Shown: positions 27,901 through 37,804, counted from the stretch's first letter. The stretch: 60,604 bases of DNA from Candidatus Moraniibacteriota bacterium (GCA_026985555.1 JALSQF010000003.1:1-60604), one strand, 5' to 3'. Notes: generated from the sequence alone by a model not told the origin. A program made the numbers and translations.

Positions 27901-30900
27901 CTGGAGGAATACGTTATGGAGGAGAATTGGCTTATGCAGAATCAGAAGGTAAATTGTATACTTTGAGAGGAAATAATACAACTAATTTTTATTCTTATGA
28001 TATTGCTTCAGATACTTGGGAAACTTTAGCTAACACACCTGCTTCAGTAAGAATGGGAGGAGCGGTTGTGGAAGGTCCAGATGGATATTTATATGCTACA
28101 AGAGGAAATAATACTTCAGATTTTTGGCGATATGATATTGCTAACAATACTTGGTCTGTGATGGCCAGCGCTCCTAAAAATTTTTATTATGGGGGATCTT
28201 TGAGTTATGACGGTAATCGTTATATTTATGCCTTTCCAGGGAACGATGATGCTTTTTATCGTTATGATACTCAAAATAATATTTGGACAACTCTTACTAA
28301 TGCAGAATTTGGAAATCCTAATGAAGGAGATGGTCAAAGAGTTTATGTAGGATCAGATAGTGTTTATGATGGTTCTAATAATATTTACGTGATGCAAGGA
28401 AATTATTATCCATATTTTGCTAAATATTCTATCAATGATAATTCTGAAGCAGGAGAAAGTGCTGATACTTGGACACCTTTAGCTAAAGCTCCGGCAGGAA
28501 TTTATGCTGGAGGTAGTTTAGCTTATGATGAAGAAAGCAATGCTATTTATATGTTAAGTGGTAATTGGAGACAAAATTTCTTTAAATATGATATTGATTC
28601 TAATGTTTGGACAGAATTACCTAAAGCTCCCGTATATGTGGAATACGGAGCGTCTTTAAAAGTTGTTAATGGCTACATTTATATGATTAGAGGAGCTGGT
28701 TCAACTAGTTTTTATCGTTTTAATATAGAAGAAAATTCATGGGAAACTCCACAACGAGGTTTTTTTGGGCCATCTAATATAGGAGGGGGAAGTTATTTTA
28801 CTTTTTATTATGGAACAGATATTGCACGAGATGACAATGGTAATATTTATATGATTAGAGGAGCAAGAGATAACACTTTTGGTAGGTATAATATTAAAAC
28901 AGGTGAATTTATAAAATTAGCAAAAATACCGGTGGGTGTTTATAACGGAGCTAATTTATTGTATGTTAGCGATGAAAATGCAATTTATTTGGTAGCGGGC
29001 GATATGAGAACTAGAAGAAATAATGGAGAAAATAATTATTTTATGAAATATGATATAGATAATAATTCATGGGAGATAATTACTCAAGACAGAGTTCCTA
29101 ATCAAGTTTATTACGGTTCTTCTATGACTTATGATGGAAGTCGTTACATTTATTTAACTAGAGGTGGTAATGGAAATTATTGGTGGCGTTATGATACACA
29201 AGCTAGTGCAGGATCACGTTGGTCAAGTAGATTACCGACCACATCAGGGTGGACTCAAGGATATGGAGCTAGAATCTTATATAAAGATAATTATATTTAT
29301 TCAATTAGAGGGCAAAACACAAATACTTTTTGGCGTTATGATATAAATGCAGGTACCTGGAGTCAGCTTAGCAATGTGCCAGGAAATGTTTACATAGGAG
29401 GATCTTTAGAAGACGGACAGGATGGTTATTTATATGTAACAAGAGGATATAATAGTAGTGATTTCTTTCGCTATAATATAGCTACAGATAGTTGGGAAAC
29501 TATTGAAAATGTTCCTGGTCAAATATATTATGGTGGAAGTTCAACTTATTCAAGTAGTAGAATTTGGGCAACTACAGGAGGTGGATCTAATTCTTACAGA
29601 GATGGTTTATATAGTTATGTAATAAGTTCGGCTAGTAATGGAACTGGTTTTCAAAAAACGGGTACTTATATATCGGAACCAATAGATTTAACAGCAGTTT
29701 ATAAATGGGCTAATTTAACTATCAATTATACAACGCCTGATAATACAAATTTAGTTATTTCTACACGAAGTTCTGAGGATGGAAATAGTTGGTCTGCCTG
29801 GGATCAAGTTTCTAATAAAAAAGAACTAGGATCTAATCAATATCGTTATTCTATAGTTTCTCCAGTTAATCGTTATATCCAAGTAAAAATAGATTATGTG
29901 TCCAGTGATAAAATCTATTCTCCTAGTGTAGAGGAATATTCTATAAATTATTATCAAGATATTCAAGCTCCAGATAATCCTACTAATATTAGTGCTTATA
30001 GTGCTAGTGATAAATCTACAGCAATAAATACGGGAACATGGTATAACTATAATTCTCCTTATTTTGAATGGCCCTTAGCAGAAACTCCAGGTGGTGCTAG
30101 TGATGGATCGGGTGGTTCAGGAGTAGTGGGTTATTGGGTTTATTTTGGTACTGATTCTAGTGCTGATCCTTTCGTGGATGGAATTTATCAAACAACCAAT
30201 TCTTATACAGCTAGCAATTTAAATTCAGATCAAACATATTATTTAAAAATAAAAGCAATAGATGATGCAGGTATGATACCGGCTAATTCTTACGATGCTT
30301 TTACATATAGATTTGACAATACGCCACCTACTAATCCTAGCGATATATCTGTTACTCCAGCTGGTTATACAGCTAGTGATAGCTATACTTTTCTATGGGA
30401 GTCAGATGCTTCCGATGCGAGTTCTGGTATAGCTAAGTTTCAATATAGAACAGGAGGAGATACTAGTGGAACATGGTTTGATATTGATAATACAAGCGTA
30501 GTTACTATTAGTATTCCTAATGCGGATCATGCTGACGGAGCTTATCAATCTGGAAAAAACTGGTTTTATTTAAGAGCAGTTGATAATGCTGGAAATGTTT
30601 CTAATCCTTTAGCTCAAGAATATTATTATAGTGCATCAGCTCCTTCTCCTCCTCAAAATTTAAGCGTTAGTCCGGTATATTCTACTGATAATTTGTTTGC
30701 GTTTCAGTGGGATCAACCAGCTACTTTTATTGGAGATGGAACCAAATTAAAATATTATTACTCAGTTAATGCTCTACCTAATGCTTATAATACAATAGAA
30801 ACTACACTTACTTCAGCTGGGCCAGGTCCTTTTGCAACACAGAAAGGTTCTAATAGATTTTATGTAGTGGCTATGGATGAAGCGGGAAATATTGATTATG

Positions 30901-32453
30901 ATTTGTATAGTTATGTTGATTTTACAGCTGATACTACCGCTCCAGCTGCTCCTCAGAATGTTCAAATATTTGATACTTCTGATAGAGAAAATAAAGAATA
31001 CAGTGTAGCTATAAAATGGAGTCCGCCTGCGGGAGCTGACAATGATAATTTTGATGGTTATGTAATTTATAGATCATTAACAGAAAACGGAAGTTATACT
31101 AAAGTAGCAACTACTTCTGGAACAGCTTATGTGGATACAAATTTAGAAAGCAAGCGTTATTATTATTATGTTAAATCAAAAGATAATACTAATAATTTAT
31201 CCATAGCTTCTACTAAAGTAACTATTATACCCACAGGAAGGTATACTAAACCACCAAATCTTACTCAAGATCCTAAAGTTAGCGAGCAATCTTTTGCAGC
31301 TACTTTCACATGGGGAACTAATCGTGTAGCCAGTTCTTTTGTAGAATATGGTAAAAGTATTAAGTTAGGAAAAACCAATGGGCAAGTAGATAGTGTAACT
31401 GATCATAAAGTAGTAGTAACTGGTTTAGAAGCTGGAACAAAATATTATTATAGGGTAAAATATATTGATCCTGATGGTAATATAGGAACGTCTGAAATTA
31501 AGAATTTTACCACCTTACCGCCACCAACAGTTTCTGATTTTACGGTTACAGATATTAAGTTAGATAATGCCTATGTTTCTTGGAAAACTAATACTAGCGC
31601 TATATGTACTTTGAAATATGGAGCAGGTAGTTATTCTAATTCTATTGAAGAAACAGCTAGTGCTTCTAATCATATAGAGAAAGTAACAGGACTAACAGCA
31701 GAAACTAACTATCAAGTGCAAGTAGAATGTATAGATCAAGATAATAATAGTTTCACTTCTGATCAATATAGTTTTTCTACTCCAGTTAAACCAGTAGCAA
31801 GTAATATTAAAGTGGAAAATAAAGAAAATGTAGATCTACCAACAGTTATTATAGAATATAAGACAAATGTGCCAACAACTACTTTGATTTATTTTAAAAC
31901 TAATGAAGAAAGTTCCTCTCATACTTATTTAAAAGAAGAAAAAGTGACAGAACATAAGGCTGAAATAGAAGGATTAAACCCAGCTAAAGAATATACTTTA
32001 AATATTACTGGAACTGATGAAAATGGAATAAGTATTAAAAAAGTAGAGCAAAAGATAACTACTAAATCAGATTCTCGTCCTCCAGAAATTACTACCAATA
32101 GAGCCATAGGTAAAGTGATAGGAAGAGGGAATAGTTCTCAAGCCAATATTTATGTTAAAATAGAAACCAATGAACCAACTACTGTAAAAATTAATTACGC
32201 TAAAGGTGTAACAACTTCTGGGTTTGAGCAATCTACAGGAGAAGATCCGTTGAACACCTATCATTTAATTACTATACCGGCTGAAATTGGTCAAATTTAT
32301 AGTTATCAGGTAAAAGCTACCGATGAAGCTGGCAACGTAACCAATACTAAAGCCGCTACAGTAGTAGTAGGAAGAGCTAAACGTTCGGCGCTAGAAATAA
32401 TTGGAACAACAGCGGAAGAAAAATTTGGTTGGTTGTTAGAAATATGGAAATAA
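24993..32453 (+). CDS. Giant (2486 aa) membrane-anchored Kelch beta-propeller / fibronectin type III surface protein
   Basis: Basic N-terminus plus TM helix; two blocks of 12 Kelch-like repeats (G...Y..RG...FYRY.....W..L...P); multiple FN3/Ig-like repeats. Confidence 0.9.
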   Translation: MIQEMRKEKEKEKLNKMFINRKKIKFLGKFFSVLKKKKKRKKREQSFQDLNAFFSNYELKTRKSFGKRMLRHLFWMKLFNFIFFPFKIIQWNILKKIILKGGYSFLVIILIIFVVYALGPGVLSAPKSVIVTTQQEWESGTAVNISTTSSSDAIQLLADGNWTARTWAPSPDTLSFGSTSVLVGNYLYVTRGYGDKSFYRYNTLKNKWDTLTDLPQPAHAGCDAVYDNNGNIYFIFGGYSKKFYKYNIESATWTELPDLLDTIYYGASIEFDGTNLYIARGQATTDFWKFNIAENSWYNLAPAPYTLYRGSNMVYGQDGYMYVTRGYNRNTFFRYDIANNTWDSLANAPITFYGATKGTYYNGYIYYLRSNNSNIFYRYSISGNSWESLENAPANVNYTSLNYNSNDGMMYVLQGNGQYRLWKFNPTAGTNGQWVGPKNLPGTVNTGGDLIWNGVSGAGGYLYAIRGGNNFYRYDISNNDWSTLANPPANLSYGTKGTYHDGYIYIPRGNGNTFYRYDTNTDTWTTLADAPGSLRYGSCAAYNSGDGYIYMTRGNGTNDFYRYDITSDSWTTLSDIISSAGVNYRVYVGGRLISDGNDLYLMPGDGETAFLKYDISIGTWEELARTPFAQYYGTDMDYYNGKIYALAGYYKDETWEYNIANNVWRKLPSNQKYTYGRGPYNGASLVYAGNNSFYATPGMGLSDMWSYSLGTNNYLNSGTYTSNILDLSYVSSWISLTYNGDEPANTSISVETRTSADGENWSNWIALSGSNIQSPTNRYIQVRFTLNSTDGVYTPTVYDFTVAYNSEDNPPNNPSSVNAYSQRINGDPLTSGIAYKYAHPYFSWTGASDNESGIAGYYVYFGTDSNADPETEGVYQVASDYVVNLAMQTGNYYLRIKTKDKDGNITSSTFDAFTYNYNGVSPFLTETKTTQEDFSNGTLENVESLSSDKMRLSSISGAGFWNENRLSYAPGGIRYGGELAYAESEGKLYTLRGNNTTNFYSYDIASDTWETLANTPASVRMGGAVVEGPDGYLYATRGNNTSDFWRYDIANNTWSVMASAPKNFYYGGSLSYDGNRYIYAFPGNDDAFYRYDTQNNIWTTLTNAEFGNPNEGDGQRVYVGSDSVYDGSNNIYVMQGNYYPYFAKYSINDNSEAGESADTWTPLAKAPAGIYAGGSLAYDEESNAIYMLSGNWRQNFFKYDIDSNVWTELPKAPVYVEYGASLKVVNGYIYMIRGAGSTSFYRFNIEENSWETPQRGFFGPSNIGGGSYFTFYYGTDIARDDNGNIYMIRGARDNTFGRYNIKTGEFIKLAKIPVGVYNGANLLYVSDENAIYLVAGDMRTRRNNGENNYFMKYDIDNNSWEIITQDRVPNQVYYGSSMTYDGSRYIYLTRGGNGNYWWRYDTQASAGSRWSSRLPTTSGWTQGYGARILYKDNYIYSIRGQNTNTFWRYDINAGTWSQLSNVPGNVYIGGSLEDGQDGYLYVTRGYNSSDFFRYNIATDSWETIENVPGQIYYGGSSTYSSSRIWATTGGGSNSYRDGLYSYVISSASNGTGFQKTGTYISEPIDLTAVYKWANLTINYTTPDNTNLVISTRSSEDGNSWSAWDQVSNKKELGSNQYRYSIVSPVNRYIQVKIDYVSSDKIYSPSVEEYSINYYQDIQAPDNPTNISAYSASDKSTAINTGTWYNYNSPYFEWPLAETPGGASDGSGGSGVVGYWVYFGTDSSADPFVDGIYQTTNSYTASNLNSDQTYYLKIKAIDDAGMIPANSYDAFTYRFDNTPPTNPSDISVTPAGYTASDSYTFLWESDASDASSGIAKFQYRTGGDTSGTWFDIDNTSVVTISIPNADHADGAYQSGKNWFYLRAVDNAGNVSNPLAQEYYYSASAPSPPQNLSVSPVYSTDNLFAFQWDQPATFIGDGTKLKYYYSVNALPNAYNTIETTLTSAGPGPFATQKGSNRFYVVAMDEAGNIDYDLYSYVDFTADTTAPAAPQNVQIFDTSDRENKEYSVAIKWSPPAGADNDNFDGYVIYRSLTENGSYTKVATTSGTAYVDTNLESKRYYYYVKSKDNTNNLSIASTKVTIIPTGRYTKPPNLTQDPKVSEQSFAATFTWGTNRVASSFVEYGKSIKLGKTNGQVDSVTDHKVVVTGLEAGTKYYYRVKYIDPDGNIGTSEIKNFTTLPPPTVSDFTVTDIKLDNAYVSWKTNTSAICTLKYGAGSYSNSIEETASASNHIEKVTGLTAETNYQVQVECIDQDNNSFTSDQYSFSTPVKPVASNIKVENKENVDLPTVIIEYKTNVPTTTLIYFKTNEESSSHTYLKEEKVTEHKAEIEGLNPAKEYTLNITGTDENGISIKKVEQKITTKSDSRPPEITTNRAIGKVIGRGNSSQANIYVKIETNEPTTVKINYAKGVTTSGFEQSTGEDPLNTYHLITIPAEIGQIYSYQVKATDEAGNVTNTKAATVVVGRAKRSALEIIGTTAEEKFGWLLEIWK

Positions 32454-32482
32454 AAAATAATCAAAAAGTTTAATAATTTTAT

Positions 32483-33214
32483 ATGGAAGAAGTAGCTATT
32501 AAAATTGAAAAACTAAGTAAAAGTTTTCAGGTAGGTAAAAATAATATTCCAGTTCTTTTTGATATTGATTTAGAAATTAACAAAGGAGATTTCACTATGT
32601 TAGTCGGTCCTTCTGGTTGTGGAAAATCTACTTTATTGCATATAATTTATGGATTAGAATCTCCAACAAAGGGTAAGGTTTATATTGACGGATATGATAT
32701 CTGGGAAAAAACTAAAGATTGGAGAGCCTATTTTCGCAACCAAAAAGTCGGATTCATTCCTCAACAGGCTTTCTGGATAAAATCACTTACAGTAATAGAA
32801 AATATTGCTATTCCAGCTGTTATTGGTGGAGAAAGTTTTAAAGATGCAGCAGAAAGAGCAGCTAAACTGATAGAATTAGTGGGCATGGAAAAATGGGCTG
32901 ATTATCGTCCCTATGATTTATCAGGAGGGCAACAACAAAAAATTGCTTTAGCGCGTTCTTTATTGTTAAATCCAGCTTTTATAATTGCGGATGAACCTAC
33001 TGGTAATTTAGATCAAAAAGCGGGTAAAAATTTGTTATTATTATTGCGTGATATTAATAAAAAGTTTGGTATAACTATACTTATGGTTACACATGATTTG
33101 AATCAATATAAATATGCCTCTAGAATAGTAAATATGTTAGATGGAAAAATTGTTTCTAATATAATTAACAAACATGGCATAGATTTTATAGCTAATAGTG
33201 ATAGAAAAAAATAA
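32483..33214 (+). CDS. ABC transporter ATP-binding protein, LolD/MacB/FtsE type
   Basis: GPSGCGKS, LSGGQQQ, ADEPTGNLD, VTHD. Confidence 0.95.
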   Translation: MEEVAIKIEKLSKSFQVGKNNIPVLFDIDLEINKGDFTMLVGPSGCGKSTLLHIIYGLESPTKGKVYIDGYDIWEKTKDWRAYFRNQKVGFIPQQAFWIKSLTVIENIAIPAVIGGESFKDAAERAAKLIELVGMEKWADYRPYDLSGGQQQKIALARSLLLNPAFIIADEPTGNLDQKAGKNLLLLLRDINKKFGITILMVTHDLNQYKYASRIVNMLDGKIVSNIINKHGIDFIANSDRKK

Positions 33215-33215
33215 A

Positions 33216-34559
33216 ATGAGAAATATTTTTTGTAAAAAAATGAGGAAAATTTTTAAAAATCTTTTGGACAAAACAAAGACAATATTTTTAAAGCTATTTT
33301 TAAGTCAATCTAAAAAAAATTATTCAGATGATTTACAAAATATTCGTCGTATGCGTTTAGCTTCAGTTATTTATATCAGTTATCGTAATTTAATGGTAAA
33401 TAAATTACGTTCATTTTTAACTATTGCTGGAGTAAGTGTGGGGATAGGAATTGTAACTTTTTTAATTTGTATTGGTTTTGGTGTTCAAAAAATGATAGTG
33501 AATGAAGTTACTAAAAAAAATCCTATTGATGTGATTAATGTTAATAATAAGAAATTGGATAATTTTGTTTCTTTAAATGAAAAGAATGTGGAAAAAATTA
33601 AAAAAATAAATGGAGTAGAAGATGTAGCGGTAAAAGTAAATACAGGGGGAAAAATTTATTTTGATAATTATCAAACAGATGTAATTATTTATGGAACAAC
33701 AAAAAAATATTTTGAGCTATCTAATATTCCAGTAAAATATGGAACGATAGATTTAAAAGATAGTGCTAGTAAAGCAGCTATTTCTACTAAAGCAGCTAGC
33801 ATTTTAGGTTTTAAAAATCCTAAAGATATTATTGGAAAAAGTATTAAGTTTGATATTATTCTTTCTAGAGAAACAAATTCTGATTTAAAAGAGGAGAAAA
33901 ATATTACAGATAATGAAGCAGAGGTGGTAGCGGTTATAGATGATAATAATGCAATTGTTTGGTTTCCATCTTGTTGTCTTAAAGATAAATTCAAAATAGA
34001 TTTAGCTCAAGAAGGAAAAGTTAAAATAAAATCAACAGATGAAGCTAAAATGAGTGAAATAAGAAAAAATATAGAGGTTTTAGGTTTTAATACAGAAAGC
34101 GTAATAGATGTAATTAATGATATTAATTCTTTTTTCTGGGGAGTGAAAATTGTTTTAATCATCTTTGGTGTGATTATTATGTCCATTTCAGCTATGGGAA
34201 TGCTGAATACTTTAAGTGTATCTTTATTACAAAGAACAAAAGAAGTGGGAATTTTAAAAGCTTTAGGAGCTAAAAGAAAAGATATTTTTAAAATGTTTAT
34301 CTTGGAGGCAGCAATCATTAGTTTTTTAGGAGGAATAATTGGTTTTTTTGGTGGCTATGGTTTAGCTAAAATATTTAATATTTTTTTCAATTTATTGGCT
34401 CATCAGAGAAATCTAGAATCGGTAGCTTTTATTTATATTCCTAGTTATTTTGTGATAGCTCTAGTTGTCTTTATTGCCTTCTTAGGTTTAGTAACAGGAA
34501 TTGGTCCTGCCAGAAGAGCCGCTTATATTCATGCGTTAGATGCTTTACGTTATGAATAG
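33216..34559 (+). CDS. ABC transporter permease, MacB/FtsX type
   Basis: KLRSFLTIAGVSVGIG (TM1), large extracytoplasmic domain, GMLNTLSVSLLQRTKEVGILKALGA, PARRAA...ALDALRYE. Confidence 0.93.
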   Translation: MRNIFCKKMRKIFKNLLDKTKTIFLKLFLSQSKKNYSDDLQNIRRMRLASVIYISYRNLMVNKLRSFLTIAGVSVGIGIVTFLICIGFGVQKMIVNEVTKKNPIDVINVNNKKLDNFVSLNEKNVEKIKKINGVEDVAVKVNTGGKIYFDNYQTDVIIYGTTKKYFELSNIPVKYGTIDLKDSASKAAISTKAASILGFKNPKDIIGKSIKFDIILSRETNSDLKEEKNITDNEAEVVAVIDDNNAIVWFPSCCLKDKFKIDLAQEGKVKIKSTDEAKMSEIRKNIEVLGFNTESVIDVINDINSFFWGVKIVLIIFGVIIMSISAMGMLNTLSVSLLQRTKEVGILKALGAKRKDIFKMFILEAAIISFLGGIIGFFGGYGLAKIFNIFFNLLAHQRNLESVAFIYIPSYFVIALVVFIAFLGLVTGIGPARRAAYIHALDALRYE

Positions 34560-34628
34560 TAGAAAAAATAAGCTAGTTTGTTATAATATAACTGAAAACT
34601 AATAATGGATTTTTAAAAAGTAATTTTT

Positions 34629-35744
34629 ATGATCAAAAAAGCTTTTTCGTGGTTATTTCTATTTTTGTTTTTATTGTTGGTAACTGGTTGCCAGAAAAAT
34701 AATTCTATTGTTCAAAATAAACCTTCTCAAAAAATAGAATGGGGTGGGTTTTTAATTTCTAACGATGGAGGGAAAACATGGGAAATGAAAAATAAAGCAG
34801 GCGAGAAAAATATTTTTAATTTAAATATTTTGTCCTTAGATGTTGCTTCTCAAGGATATTTACAAACTATTTTTTTTGGAACAAAAAATAAAGGAATACT
34901 TAAAAGTATCGCTGGTGAAGATTGGGAACATTTACAATCTTTTAATTTAGTAGATGTGTATGCTTTAGCTGTTGATGAAAAAAAAGATCAACAGGACCAA
35001 TTACTAATTAATGTTTATGCAGTTGGTTCAGAAAAAAAACGAGGAAAAATTTATAAAAGTAAAGATGGAGGAGAAACATGGAAAGAAATTTACACAGAAC
35101 CAAAAGAAGGAATAAAAGTTATAAGTTTGGCTTTAGATTCCCAGGGTTGGCTTTATGCCGGAGATACGAAAGGAAGTTTATTTAGAAGTAAAGATGGAGG
35201 CGAAACATGGGAAAATGTTTTTATAGCTTCGGCTCCAATAGTGAAAATAAAAATAGATAAAAAGGATAATAATATAATTTATCTTTTACTTTATAAAAAA
35301 GGTGTTTTATTTAGCGTAGATAGAGGGAAAGAGTTTCATTCTATTGAAGAATTTAATCAAGAAAAGATTAAAAATATTATACAAGGAAAAGATGAAAAGA
35401 TTGATTTAGGAACTGTTTATTCTATTGCTTTAGATGAAAAAGAGAAGGGTTGTGTTTATCTAGGAACAGATAAGGGCGTATTTTATAGTCAAAATGCAGG
35501 TAAAAAATTGTATAAATTAAATACTCTAGGAAGTTCTAATGGATTTCCCATAAAAGCATTAGCTATTAGTCCTTTTAATTCTCAAAAAATAATTTATACG
35601 GCTGGTAAAACTATTTATGTTTCTGATAACAAAGGAAAAACATGGAGAACTTTTCAGTTAGATACTAACAAAGAAATTACCAATTTATTTTTTAGCAGAG
35701 ATAATACTGAAGTTATTTTTGCTACAATGGGACAAAGTAAATAG
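34629..35744 (+). CDS. BNR/Asp-box (YCF48-like) beta-propeller lipoprotein
   Basis: Lipobox-like LVTGC; repeated S.DGG.TW (SNDGGKTW, SKDGGETW x2, SDNKGKTW). Confidence 0.85.
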   Translation: MIKKAFSWLFLFLFLLLVTGCQKNNSIVQNKPSQKIEWGGFLISNDGGKTWEMKNKAGEKNIFNLNILSLDVASQGYLQTIFFGTKNKGILKSIAGEDWEHLQSFNLVDVYALAVDEKKDQQDQLLINVYAVGSEKKRGKIYKSKDGGETWKEIYTEPKEGIKVISLALDSQGWLYAGDTKGSLFRSKDGGETWENVFIASAPIVKIKIDKKDNNIIYLLLYKKGVLFSVDRGKEFHSIEEFNQEKIKNIIQGKDEKIDLGTVYSIALDEKEKGCVYLGTDKGVFYSQNAGKKLYKLNTLGSSNGFPIKALAISPFNSQKIIYTAGKTIYVSDNKGKTWRTFQLDTNKEITNLFFSRDNTEVIFATMGQSK

Positions 35745-35768
35745 TAATTAAAAATAATTTTAAAAAAT

Positions 35769-36326
35769 ATGTATCAAAAAATTATTTCTTCCAAAAAAAG
35801 TGATTTAGAAAAAGCCATAATATTTTTTCAACAAGAAATAGGAAAAATTCGCACAGGGAGAGCTAATCCAGGATTAGTGGAAAATTTAATGATAGATTAT
35901 TATGGCAACAAAACTCCTCTTAAGCAAGCTGCTAATATTAGTGTTCCGGAACCACGTTTAATTGTTATTCAGCCTTGGAATATAGATAGTTTAGCTAATA
36001 TAGAAGCGGCTATAAAAATGTCTGATTTGGGACTTAATCCTAGTAATGATGGAAAGGTAATTAGGATTAATTTGCCACCATTAACAGAAGAAAGAAGAAA
36101 GGATTTAGTAAAACTTCTTAATCAAAAAGCGGAAGAAACCAGAGTAGCTATTCGCAATATTCGCGAAGAAATTTGGAAAAAAATTCAACAAGCAGAAACA
36201 GAAGGAGATATTTCCGAAGATGATAAATATAGAGGAAAAGAAAGGTTAGAAGAAATAATTAGTGAATATAATCAAAAAATAGAAGAAATAAGAGTAAAAA
36301 AAGAAAAAGAAATAATGACGGTTTAA
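35769..36326 (+). CDS. frr: Ribosome recycling factor
   Basis: IRTGRANP, YYG..TPL.Q.A.I, LNP.NDG..IR...PPLTEERRK.LVK, RVAIRNIR. Confidence 0.98.
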   Translation: MYQKIISSKKSDLEKAIIFFQQEIGKIRTGRANPGLVENLMIDYYGNKTPLKQAANISVPEPRLIVIQPWNIDSLANIEAAIKMSDLGLNPSNDGKVIRINLPPLTEERRKDLVKLLNQKAEETRVAIRNIREEIWKKIQQAETEGDISEDDKYRGKERLEEIISEYNQKIEEIRVKKEKEIMTV

Positions 36327-36379
36327 ATTATTTAGCAAAAATGTTAAAATATTAATATTAAATAAATTAATTAAAATAT

Positions 36380-36730
36380 ATGGAAAAGAAAAAAATTATT
36401 TACACTATTTTAGTAGCAGTTGTTTTAATAATAATGGTTTTGTTTTCAGTTTATTATTATCAAAAACAAGAAATAAAGTTGCAGTCATTAGAAAAAACGT
36501 CAGTTAAAACAGAAAAAGAAATAAAAGCTAATCAAAATAATCAAAAAGAAGAATCTAATAATAATCAAATTCAGCCAAAAAATAATGAAAAAATAGTAAA
36601 GGAAGTAAACATAGAAAATACTAACATTGATTTTGATGAGGATAGTTTAGAAGGAGAGGAAGATAATATTAGTGATGATGATATTGATCAGATAAATGAT
36701 TTGGATAAATTAGATCAAGAAAGTTTTTAA
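36380..36730 (+). CDS. Small single-TM protein with an acidic tail
   Basis: KKK plus hydrophobic helix; low-complexity N/Q/E region; D/E-rich C-terminus. Confidence 0.75.
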   Translation: MEKKKIIYTILVAVVLIIMVLFSVYYYQKQEIKLQSLEKTSVKTEKEIKANQNNQKEESNNNQIQPKNNEKIVKEVNIENTNIDFDEDSLEGEEDNISDDDIDQINDLDKLDQESF

Positions 36731-36766
36731 TTAAAAAATAAGTAATTAAATATTTAATATAAAAAT

Positions 36767-37717
36767 ATGAATAAAAAAAGTATTGTTATTGTGATAATAT
36801 TAATTGGTTTATTTTTTTCTTTTTCTAGTCAAGCAATTTTTTGGACAGATGCCAAAAAAAGAGCAGAAAAGAATGTGAAAAAAATTCAAAATGTTGAGCA
36901 ACGACGTGCTAATCAGGTGGAAAATTTAAAAGAAAAAAAACAACAAAATTTTTGCTCTCGTTTAGATAAAGTGAAGGAACGTTTAACGGAAAGATTGAAT
37001 AACTTTGAAAATCGTTTCGTTACTAACAGAGAAAATAGAATAGAACGTATAGAAAATCATTGGAAAGAAGTGGATAGTAAATTAAAGGAACGTAGAGAGA
37101 TACGGGACGATTGGAGAAATAATTATTATAAAAAATTAGAAGCTAAAGTGAATAACGAAGATAAGAAAAAGGCTATTCAAGAATTTGAAAAAGATATTGA
37201 AAGCGCTGTTAAAAAGAGAAGGACTAGTATTGATCTGGCGCGACAAGAATATAGGAATGGAATAAAAAGTTTAATTGAAAAACGTAAAACAGCTATAACG
37301 ATGCTCTGGTTTGAATTTAAAAAAGCTAGAAAACAGGCTATAGATAAAGCTCAAACAGCTTGTCAATCTAAAACAAATATTTCAACTATTCGTACTCAAT
37401 TAAAAAATGATTTTCAGGAAGCGCGCAATTCATTTAAAATAAAAAGACAAAAGGTTAAAAGTATTAAAGATGAAGCAAAAAAATTGAGAGATACTCGTAA
37501 AGAAAAAATTAAAACAGCTATTGATACTTTTAAGAAAGAAGTGAAAGAGGCTCAGAAAAAACTAAGAAATTCTTTAGAATCATCTGGTAATTTGAATAAT
37601 AATAGTGAAAATTTAGGAGATTCTAATACAGAAAAAAATGAGGTTTCTGAATCTAATAATTCTAAAGATATAACTAACTCTGGAATTAATTCCAATATTG
37701 TCAATTCTCAAAATTAA
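36767..37717 (+). CDS. Secreted basic coiled-coil protein
   Basis: Signal peptide (…FSFSSQA); K/R/E-rich helical body with two Cys; N/S-rich tail. Confidence 0.75.
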   Translation: MNKKSIVIVIILIGLFFSFSSQAIFWTDAKKRAEKNVKKIQNVEQRRANQVENLKEKKQQNFCSRLDKVKERLTERLNNFENRFVTNRENRIERIENHWKEVDSKLKERREIRDDWRNNYYKKLEAKVNNEDKKKAIQEFEKDIESAVKKRRTSIDLARQEYRNGIKSLIEKRKTAITMLWFEFKKARKQAIDKAQTACQSKTNISTIRTQLKNDFQEARNSFKIKRQKVKSIKDEAKKLRDTRKEKIKTAIDTFKKEVKEAQKKLRNSLESSGNLNNNSENLGDSNTEKNEVSESNNSKDITNSGINSNIVNSQN

Positions 37718-37734
37718 AAAAATAGTAAAACTAT

Positions 37735-37784
37735 TTTTCTATAAGTAAAACCCGGCATGTTAGCCGGGTTTTACTTATAGAAAA
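37735..37784. terminator. Bidirectional intrinsic terminator between convergent genes
   Basis: Perfect 22-bp stem ttttctataagtaaaacccggc-atgtta-gccgggttttacttatagaaaa. Confidence 0.85.
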
Positions 37785-37804
37785 GAACAAAGATTTTTTT
37801 AATT

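Noticed and set aside
24993-32453. Diversity-generating retroelement target or intein in the giant gene
   Set aside because: No reverse transcriptase, no near-identical TR/VR pair differing at adenines, and no intein splice motifs. The repeats are old, protein-level duplications.
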